This document shows, one piece after another, positions 51,115 through 58,206 of a stretch of 64,000 bases of DNA. Every line of letters starts with the position of its first letter. Position 1 is the stretch's first letter. The position numbers and the translations under genes were made by a program. The notes under the pieces are model-generated. The model searched no databases and was not told where the DNA came from. It saw only the letters and a program-made list of their open reading frames with translations. This stretch comes from Acetobacteraceae bacterium (GTDB lineage: Bacteria > Pseudomonadota > Alphaproteobacteria > Acetobacterales > Acetobacteraceae), in NCBI GenBank assembly GCA_049522565.1, contig JBEKNT010000001.1, forward strand, positions 677 to 64,676. The letters run 5' to 3'.

Positions 51115-53346
51115 ATGTCAGCATCGTTGTTCAGCCCCGACTGGTATCGCGTTGCCGATCTTCGCCCACGGCTGCGGCCGCGCGCGGCGCTGCACCGGCG
51201 CGAAATGCGCGGCCGGCTATGGCATCTCGCGCAGGATCACCAGAGCGGCCGGTTCTACCGGCTGTCGCCCGCGGCGTATCTGATGGTCTGCCTGCTGGAC
51301 GGCCGGCGGACGCTGCGGGAGGCGTGGGAGATGGTCGGCCGCCGGCATGGCGCCGCCCAGCCGAGCCAGGAGGAAACCATCCTGTTGCTGGCCCAGCTCC
51401 ACCGCGCCGACCTCCTGCTGGGTGAGCTGCCGCCCGATATCGCCGAGATCGCGCGGCGCGGCGAGCGGATGCAGCGCCACGCCTTGCTGATGCGGCTGCG
51501 CAACCCGCTCGCCTTGCGGCTGCCGCTGTTCAACCCGGACCGCTTCCTGGACCACACCATGAAGCTGGTGCGCCCGATCTTCTCGCTCCCGGGCTTGCTG
51601 CTCTGGCTGGCGCTGGTCGGCACCGGCATCGTGCTGGCTGTGGTGCACCGCGCGGAGCTCACCGCGGATGTGCTGGACCGTGCCCTGACGCTGCACGGCA
51701 TCACCCTGGTGCTGCTGGCCTATCCGCTGGTGAAGGCGGCGCACGAATTCGGCCATGCCTATGCCTGCAAGCGCTGGGGTGGCGCGGTGCACGAGATGGG
51801 CGTGATGTTGCTGGTGCTGTTTCCGGTGCCGTACGTCGATGCCAGCTCGGCCACGGCGTTCCCCCGCATCTGGCAACGCGCCCTGGTCGGCGCCGCCGGC
51901 ATCATGGTGGAGCTGGCACTGGCCGCGGTCGCGATGATGGTGTGGGTCGAGGCCAGCACAGGCGCGGTGCGCGCCACGGCCTTCAACGTCATGCTGATCG
52001 GCGGTGTCTCCACCCTGTTGTTCAACGGCAATCCGCTGCTGCGGTTCGACGGCTACTACGTGCTGTGCGATTTGATCGGCCTGCCGAACCTGGCGCAACG
52101 CGGCAGCCGCTACATGCTCTACCTGGTGCAGCGCTACGGCTTCGGTCAGGCGACGCTGCACAGTCCGGCCGAGACCGCGGGCGAGAAACGCTGGCTGGTC
52201 GGCTACACGCTGGCCTCCGTCTCCTACCGCATCGTGCTGACCCTGGGCATCGCCTTGCTGCTGGCCTCCCGGTTCCTGCTGGTGGGTGCATTGCTCGGCT
52301 GCTGGAGCGTGGGCTCGCTGGTGGTCTGGCCGGTGTTGAAGGGCGTGCTGCATGTCGCGCGTGCGCCCCGGCTGGCGGGGCGGCGGCCGCGAGCGCTGCT
52401 GGTCGCGGGGTTGCTGGCCGGGGTGCCGGCGCTGCTACTGTTCGGCCTGCCGGTCCCGTACGGCACGCTCGCGCAGGGCGTGGTGCAGGTGCCGGAAGGC
52501 GCGATGCTGCGGGCCCCCACCGAAGGCGTGGTGCGGCGGGTTCTCGCGACTCCCGGAAGCCGGCTGCACCAGGGCGATCCCATTCTGGAGCTGGAGGAAC
52601 CGGCCCTGCCTGCTGCGTTGGCGGTGGTGGAAGCGCAGCGCGATGAGCTGCGGCTGCGGCTGGACGCCGTGCTGCTGACCGACCGGGTCTCGGCCGAACT
52701 GCTGCGCGAGCAGGTGCGGCGCGCCGAGGCGACGGTCGCGCTCGGCCGCGCAAGGCTGGCGGAGCTGATCGTCCGCGCCCCACGCGATGGCGTGCTGGTG
52801 CTGCCGGAGGCGAGCGATCTGCCGGGCCGCTTGCTGCATCGCGGCGACGTGCTGGGCGACGTGCTGGAAGCCGGCGACGTCAGCATCCGCGTCGTGGTGC
52901 CGCAGGACCGGATCGACCTGGTGCGTGGCCGCACCAAGGGGGTGGAGGTGCGGCCGGCCTATGCGGTGTTCCGGCCGATGGCAGCGACGATTTCGCGCGA
53001 ATTGCCGGGTGCGGTACGGGAGATGCCCAGCGCGGTGCTCGGGCTTGCCGCCGGCGGCGAGATCGCCACCGACCCCACCGATGCATCCGGTCGCCGCGCG
53101 TTCGAGCAAACCTTCCTGGTCGATGTGGTGCCGGTCGGGGCGGCGGCGAGCATGGCGCTGGCCGGTGTGACGGACCATGCCGCATCGCCCGGCGGCATGG
53201 ACAGCACAACGCCCCCTGGCGTGGCGGATAGTGGCGTCTGGATCGGCGGGCGTGCCTATGTCCGCTTCGACCATGGGGAGGAACCGTTGGGATGGCGCCT
53301 GCTGCGCGGGCTGCGCCAATTGTTCCTGCATCGCCTCGATGTTTGA
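51115..53346 (+). CDS. Fusion protein: PqqD-like N-terminal region + polytopic M50 (site-2 protease) metalloprotease + C-terminal HlyD-type adaptor domain
   Basis: I place the start at ATG 51115 (MSASLFSPDWYRVADLRPRLR); the track uses TTG 51082. HEFGH at 51742-51756 and FNGNPLLRFDGYY are S2P/M50 signatures, with multiple hydrophobic TM stretches. N-terminal FYRLSPAAYLMVCLLDGRRTLREAW...LLLAQLHRADLL is PqqD-like. C-terminal LRAPTEGVVRRVLATPGSRLHQGDPILELE, a coiled coil and IVRAPRDGVLVL are HlyD-like. Confidence 0.8.
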   Translation: MSASLFSPDWYRVADLRPRLRPRAALHRREMRGRLWHLAQDHQSGRFYRLSPAAYLMVCLLDGRRTLREAWEMVGRRHGAAQPSQEETILLLAQLHRADLLLGELPPDIAEIARRGERMQRHALLMRLRNPLALRLPLFNPDRFLDHTMKLVRPIFSLPGLLLWLALVGTGIVLAVVHRAELTADVLDRALTLHGITLVLLAYPLVKAAHEFGHAYACKRWGGAVHEMGVMLLVLFPVPYVDASSATAFPRIWQRALVGAAGIMVELALAAVAMMVWVEASTGAVRATAFNVMLIGGVSTLLFNGNPLLRFDGYYVLCDLIGLPNLAQRGSRYMLYLVQRYGFGQATLHSPAETAGEKRWLVGYTLASVSYRIVLTLGIALLLASRFLLVGALLGCWSVGSLVVWPVLKGVLHVARAPRLAGRRPRALLVAGLLAGVPALLLFGLPVPYGTLAQGVVQVPEGAMLRAPTEGVVRRVLATPGSRLHQGDPILELEEPALPAALAVVEAQRDELRLRLDAVLLTDRVSAELLREQVRRAEATVALGRARLAELIVRAPRDGVLVLPEASDLPGRLLHRGDVLGDVLEAGDVSIRVVVPQDRIDLVRGRTKGVEVRPAYAVFRPMAATISRELPGAVREMPSAVLGLAAGGEIATDPTDASGRRAFEQTFLVDVVPVGAAASMALAGVTDHAASPGGMDSTTPPGVADSGVWIGGRAYVRFDHGEEPLGWRLLRGLRQLFLHRLDV

Positions 53347-55378
53347 CGCGGCCCCGCCATCCCGGGCGCTGCCCGCGCTCTGGCGCTACCCGGAGCGTGC
53401 CGACGCCGAACGCGCACCGCTCGACCGGTGGCTGCACCAACACGTGGGTGGCGCGATGCTGCGTTGTACCGGTGGATTGCGGCGGCGGCGCCTGGCCGGC
53501 TTCGCGCGCGCGGTGACCGTGACCGGGGCGGCGTCGGCCGCACTGGATGACGCGGCGCTGGCCGCGGCGGCGCGGGAGGCCGGCATCGCGCTGCGCCGCC
53601 GCGCCACGGATCGTGCCGCCCTGGTCTGGCTGTTCGCCCTGGTGCGGGAGGCCGCTTCCCGCAGCCTCGGCTTCCGGCCGTACGAGACCCAGGTGATGGG
53701 CGCCGCGGCGCTGTGGCGCGGCGCGGTGGCGGAGATGGCGACCGGCGAGGGCAAGACCGCCGCGGCCGGGCTGTGCGCGGCGGCGGCGGCGCTGGCCGGC
53801 CGTGCGGTCCACGTCATCACGGTGAACGATTACCTGGCCGGGCGTGATGCCGCGACCATGGCACCGCTGTTCCAGCGCCTGGGCCTGTCGGTGGCCGCGG
53901 TGACGGGGGGGATGTCGGCGGACGCCCGCCGCGCGGCCTATGCCGCCGCCATCTGCTACGGCACCAGCAAGGAGATCGTCTTCGACCATCTGCGCGACCG
54001 GCTGGCGCTGGGGCCGGAGCGTGGCGCGCTGCGGCTGCGGCTGGCCGGCTTTGCCGGGGCGCCGCCGAAGCTGCTGCTGCGCGGCCTGGACTTCGCGATC
54101 GTGGACGAGGCGGACAGCGTGCTGGTCGATGCGGCTCGCACGCCGCTGATCCTGTCCGGCGAACAGGAGTCGCAGGTCGATGAGGAGACCGCTGCCTTGG
54201 CGTTGGCGCTGGCCGACCGGCTGGAGGCCGGCCGCGACTGGCAGCGCCTGCCGGGTATGCTCAGCGCCCACCTGACCGAGGCGGGCGAGATCCGGCTGGC
54301 CGCGCTGGTCGAGGCCGAACCGGGATACGCCGGGTCCGGGCTCCGGGCATCCGGCCCTTGGGCATCCGGTCCTTGGGCGATACCGCGGCTGCGCGAGGAG
54401 CTGGTGCGCCACGCGCTGGCCGCCCGGCACCTGTTTCGCGCCGGCGAGCACTATCTGGTCCGCGACGCCCGCACCGTGATCATCGATGAATTCAGCGGCC
54501 GCCTGATGCCCGACCGGCAATGGGCGGACGGGCTGCACCAGATGATCGAGGCGAAGGAAGGTTGCGCGCTGACCCGTCGGCGGGTCACGCTGGCGCGGCT
54601 GACCTATCAGCGCTTCTTTCCGCGCTATCGGCACCTGTCCGGCATGACGGGAACCGCTGCCGAAGTCGCCGGCGAGCTTTGGGCGGTCTACGGGTTACCG
54701 GTTGCCCGGATTCCGACCCATCGGCCATCGCGCCGCGTGCGGGTGCCGGACCGCCTGCTGGCGGACGCCACCGCCAAGTGGGCTTCCGTCGCTGCCCATG
54801 CCGCCGCGTTGCGGGCAGCCGGCCGTCCCGTCCTGATCGGCACCCGCACGGTGGCGGCGGCGCAGCGGGCGAGCCTCGCGCTGACGGCGGCGGGACTGCC
54901 CCATGCGGTACTGAGCGCCGCGCAGGACGCTGCCGAGGCGGCCACCATCGCCGAGGCCGGCACGGTCGGCCGGATTACGGTTGCCACCAACATGGCCGGG
55001 CGCGGCACCGACATCAGGCTCGCACCCGAGGTCGCCGCTGCCGGCGGGTTGGCGGTCTTGCTCACCGAACGCCACGAGGCTGGGCGCATCGACCGCCAGC
55101 TTGCCGGCCGCGCGGCCCGCCAGGGCGACCCCGGGAGCGTGGCCGCGATCCTGGCGCTGGATGACCCGCTGCTGGAGGCGGCAGGGCTGCTGCCGCGCCT
55201 GCTGGCGCGCTGCGGCGGGTGGTTGCGCGGCTTCCGGGTGGGGGCGCGATTGGCTGGCTGGGCGTTACGCCGGGCGCAGAAGAGCCAGGAACGCGCCCAT
55301 GCGGCAGCCCGCCAGGCATTGCTGCGGCAGGACCGGATGCGCGCCGAGCGGTTAGGTTTCGCGGGAGTAGGGGAATGA
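53339..55378 (+). CDS. SecA-like ATPase paralogue (NBD1-PPXD-NBD2 motor), truncated soon after NBD2
   Basis: I place the start at ATG 53339, which overlaps the upstream stop (ATGTTTGA). RPYETQVMGAAAL..AEMATGEGKTAAAGL, VHVITVNDYLAGRDA, ICYGTSKEIVFDHLRD, FAIVDEADSVLVDAARTPLILSG, HYLVRDARTVIIDEFSGRLMPDRQWADGLHQMIEAKEG, LSGMTGTA, TNMAGRGTDIRL and TERHEAGRIDRQLAGRAARQGDPG align motif-by-motif with canonical SecA. Confidence 0.85.
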   Translation: MFDAAPPSRALPALWRYPERADAERAPLDRWLHQHVGGAMLRCTGGLRRRRLAGFARAVTVTGAASAALDDAALAAAAREAGIALRRRATDRAALVWLFALVREAASRSLGFRPYETQVMGAAALWRGAVAEMATGEGKTAAAGLCAAAAALAGRAVHVITVNDYLAGRDAATMAPLFQRLGLSVAAVTGGMSADARRAAYAAAICYGTSKEIVFDHLRDRLALGPERGALRLRLAGFAGAPPKLLLRGLDFAIVDEADSVLVDAARTPLILSGEQESQVDEETAALALALADRLEAGRDWQRLPGMLSAHLTEAGEIRLAALVEAEPGYAGSGLRASGPWASGPWAIPRLREELVRHALAARHLFRAGEHYLVRDARTVIIDEFSGRLMPDRQWADGLHQMIEAKEGCALTRRRVTLARLTYQRFFPRYRHLSGMTGTAAEVAGELWAVYGLPVARIPTHRPSRRVRVPDRLLADATAKWASVAAHAAALRAAGRPVLIGTRTVAAAQRASLALTAAGLPHAVLSAAQDAAEAATIAEAGTVGRITVATNMAGRGTDIRLAPEVAAAGGLAVLLTERHEAGRIDRQLAGRAARQGDPGSVAAILALDDPLLEAAGLLPRLLARCGGWLRGFRVGARLAGWALRRAQKSQERAHAAARQALLRQDRMRAERLGFAGVGE

Positions 55379-56265
55379 GACGTCTGTTGTTGCCGGGCTC
55401 GCGGATCGCCGGCGTCGCTCGTGCCCGTCTGGTGCCACGCTGCGCCCGCCTTGTGGGCGCCATCCTCGTGTGCACCATGCTGGGGTCCGGCATCCGGGTC
55501 CCGGCTGCCCTGGCGGAGGGGAGTGACTTCGACTGCGTGATGGATCCGTCGCTTCGGGTGAATGTCGGCAGCGCGATCCCCGGCCTGCTGGAAGCGGTAC
55601 TGGTCCAGCGCGGCGACCGGGTGCATGCCGGCCAGGTCGTCGCCCGGCTGGTTTCGGACGTCGAGGCAGCGCAGGTCGCGCTCGACCGGCTGCGCGCTGC
55701 CAGCACGGCGGAGATCGAGGCGCGCGAGGCGCAGTTGACCCTGTCGCGCCGCCAGTTGGAGCGAACTCAGGAGCTGTACCAGCATCAGGTGGCGACCGCG
55801 GAGCGGCTGGACGAACTGCGTGCCCAAACCGAGATCAACGACCGCGAATTGCGGCTGGCACGCCAGGCGCAGGAAGTGACCCGGCTGGAGTTGCAGCGCT
55901 CCGAAGCCACATTGCGGCAGCGGGAAATTCGCAGCCCGATCGATGGGCTGGTGACCGAACGGCTGATGACCGGCGGCGAATATGTTCACCAGGAAGCGGT
56001 GATCCTGCGGCTGGCGCGGTTGGACCCGCTGTATGTGGAGACCTTCCTGCCGGTGCGACTCTACCCGCTGCTGCATATCGGCCTGGACGCGGTGATCGAG
56101 CCGGCGGCACCGATCGGCGGCAGGATCCCGGCCCGGGTTGCCGAGGTGGACCAGGTGTTCGACGCCGCCAGCGGCAGTTTCGGCGTCCGGCTGGAATTGT
56201 CGAACGCGGACGGGCGGCTGCCGGCGGGCCATCGCTGCAAGGTCAGCTTTCAGTTGGACGAATAG
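55375..56265 (+). CDS. HlyD/RND-type periplasmic adaptor (membrane-fusion) protein
   Basis: I place the start at ATG 55375, which overlaps the SecA-like stop (ATGA). N-terminal signal/anchor LVGAILVCTMLGSGIRVPAALA. VQRGDRVHAGQVVARL, coiled coil, IRSPIDGLVTE, GSFGVRLELSN. Confidence 0.82.
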   Translation: MRRLLLPGSRIAGVARARLVPRCARLVGAILVCTMLGSGIRVPAALAEGSDFDCVMDPSLRVNVGSAIPGLLEAVLVQRGDRVHAGQVVARLVSDVEAAQVALDRLRAASTAEIEAREAQLTLSRRQLERTQELYQHQVATAERLDELRAQTEINDRELRLARQAQEVTRLELQRSEATLRQREIRSPIDGLVTERLMTGGEYVHQEAVILRLARLDPLYVETFLPVRLYPLLHIGLDAVIEPAAPIGGRIPARVAEVDQVFDAASGSFGVRLELSNADGRLPAGHRCKVSFQLDE

Positions 56266-56697
56266 CCGGCCCGGGTTGGATTGCGGCTCGGTTCCAGGGT
56301 GAAGGTGGCCGGCAACGAAGTTCGGATCGCCGCTTTTGCCTGCGCGCTGCCAGGGGCGGTCCGGGGACGATTTTACGGTTGATGAACCCCGGATTCATGC
56401 GTCGATCACGCGCGGGCCTTCCCGAGAAACCTGCGGGCCGGCCAGTATCCTTGTCTGAACCGGCGGCCAAACAGCTTTTCCTACCGGCGCGGCACCGCGG
56501 GGACGTGGCAGCGATCACGCCGACGCCCGGCACGATGGAGACGGTGTTGCGGTCGTGGGGCGAGGTGACCGGGTTGCGGCGGAGCAAGGGCGCCGGTGGC
56601 CATGGCCTCGGCCAGGACGAAGCGGGGCTTCCTGCGCTGGAAGCACCGTTTGTAACAAACTGTTTCCGTCCGGCCGGTTGGCATGCCATCATCAGCC

Positions 56698-56949
56698 ATG
56701 TCTGATGTCCGACCGACCGAACCATTCTTCCTGGTTGTCGCCGACCACAGTCTTGGCGTCTTCTCCGTCGAAGGCCCGATGATGGACGACCTGCCTTGGC
56801 AGTCCGCCGCGCGCCGGGCTCGTGAAGGCGGGCGGCAGGTGGTGTGCGGGCCCAGTGGCCCGGATCGGAACGCGCTCGCCGCCGAATGCCGGCGGGAGTA
56901 CAACCTGGCCGGGGTCCCGCCGGGGAGCATCCTGAGACCAGGCCGTTGA
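56698..56949 (+). CDS. Small conserved-looking hypothetical protein
   Basis: MSDVRPTEPFFLVVADHSLGVFSVEGPMMDDLPWQSAARRAREGGRQVVCGPSGPDRNALAAECRREYNLAGVPPGSIL has balanced composition, unlike the neighbouring Arg-rich frames. Alternative ATG at 56683. I recognise no family. Confidence 0.45.
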   Translation: MSDVRPTEPFFLVVADHSLGVFSVEGPMMDDLPWQSAARRAREGGRQVVCGPSGPDRNALAAECRREYNLAGVPPGSILRPGR

Positions 56950-57297
56950 CCGGTGCGGCGAGCCGGCCGGAACGGCGGTGGACGTAGACCGGCGGGTCGT
57001 TCGGCTGGCTGCGGCCGACGATGTCTGGACCCACGGCGGACACCCTGTGGGGCGGTTCCGGGGCGACAGAGTTATGGCCCCGACGGCCGCTCTTTCGGCG
57101 AACTGATGGACGACAACCGGACTGCGTTGCGCAGCAAGCCGGCTGGCGGTCCTTGATCCGCCGCGCGGCAGCATTTCAGGTGCATCGCGGGTCCGGTGCG
57201 GGATATGAACCGCGGTTTGATGAGACAGTCTGAGATTTTCCTCGTAATCCCACGGACCCCCATGCCCCCCCCTGCCCCACCTCCCGGGACCCCAGCG

Positions 57298-58206
57298 ATG
57301 ACCGCACCCGCGCTACCGGCGCACCTGAAGGCCCTCGAGTCGGAGAGCATCCACATCCTGCGCGAAGTCGCCGCCCAGGCGGCCCACCCGGTATTGCTCT
57401 ACTCGATCGGCAAGGACTCCTCCGTCCTGCTGCATCTCGCCCGCAAGGCGTTCTTCCCCGCCCGCCCGCCCTTCCCGCTGCTGCACATCGACACGACCTG
57501 GAAGTTCCGCGCCATGATCCGCCACCGCGACAGCACGGTGCGCCGCTACGGCCTGGAACTGATCGTGCACACCAACCCCGACGGCCTGCGGCAGAACATC
57601 AACCCGTTCGACCACGGCAGCAGCTACACCCAGATCATGAAGACCGACGCCCTGAAGCAGGCGCTGACCGACGGCCGCTACGACTTCGCCATCGGCGGCG
57701 CGCGGCGCGACGAGGAACGCTCGCGCGCCAAGGAACGCGTCTTCTCGGTGCGCGGCCCCGGCCATACCTGGGAGCCGAAGCGCCAGCGCCCCGAACTCTG
57801 GCACCTCTACAACGGCAACCTCGCGCCCGGCGAGACGCTGCGCGTCTTCCCGTTGTCCAACTGGACCGAGCTCGACGTGTGGACCTACATCCTGGCCGAA
57901 CGGATCGACGTCGTGCCGCTGTATTTCGCCGCCCTCCGCCCCACCGTGATCCGCGACGGCGCGCTGATCGTGGTCGACGACGAGCGCATGCGCTTCGAGC
58001 CCGGCGAACAACCCGCCGACCGCCTGGTCCGCTTCCGCTCGCTCGGCTGCTACCCGCTCTCCGCCGCGGTCGAATCCGCCGCCGCCACGCTGGAGGAGAT
58101 CGTGCAGGAGATGCGCACCACGCGGGTCTCCGAACGCGCCGGACGGCTGATCGACCAGGACCAGGACGCCTCGATGGAAGCCAAGAAGCGCGAGGGATAC
58201 TTCTGA
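57298..58206 (+). CDS. cysD: Sulfate adenylyltransferase subunit 2
   Basis: I place the start at ATG 57298, giving 302 aa. [34 protein letters not shown] (PAPS-reductase-like PP-loop), TTWKF, C-terminal KKREGYF. Confidence 0.92.
   Translation: MTAPALPAHLKALESESIHILREVAAQAAHPVLLYSIGKDSSVLLHLARKAFFPARPPFPLLHIDTTWKFRAMIRHRDSTVRRYGLELIVHTNPDGLRQNINPFDHGSSYTQIMKTDALKQALTDGRYDFAIGGARRDEERSRAKERVFSVRGPGHTWEPKRQRPELWHLYNGNLAPGETLRVFPLSNWTELDVWTYILAERIDVVPLYFAALRPTVIRDGALIVVDDERMRFEPGEQPADRLVRFRSLGCYPLSAAVESAAATLEEIVQEMRTTRVSERAGRLIDQDQDASMEAKKREGYF

Noticed and set aside
53339-55378. That this is the housekeeping secA
   Set aside because: It is only 679 aa, ends about 70 aa after the NBD2 motif, and is embedded by start/stop overlap in an accessory-looking cassette. 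A full-length secA is expected elsewhere, which I cannot verify from this window.
56243-57043. ORFs 56243-57043(-) 266 aa and 56379-56705(+) 108 aa
   Set aside because: Arg/Pro/Gly-dominated sequences with no motif. They overlap each other and the more plausible small ORF at 56698-56949.
6922-57879. Longer 5' starts given by the ORF track (6922, 7799, 14189, 16138, 17143, 28947, 49011, 53177, 55219, 57196, 57879, 60272)
   Set aside because: Each extension overlaps the upstream gene or an intergenic repeat and adds non-conserved-looking residues. Internal starts with better RBS context, or with stop/start coupling, were preferred. The exact starts remain unverified.
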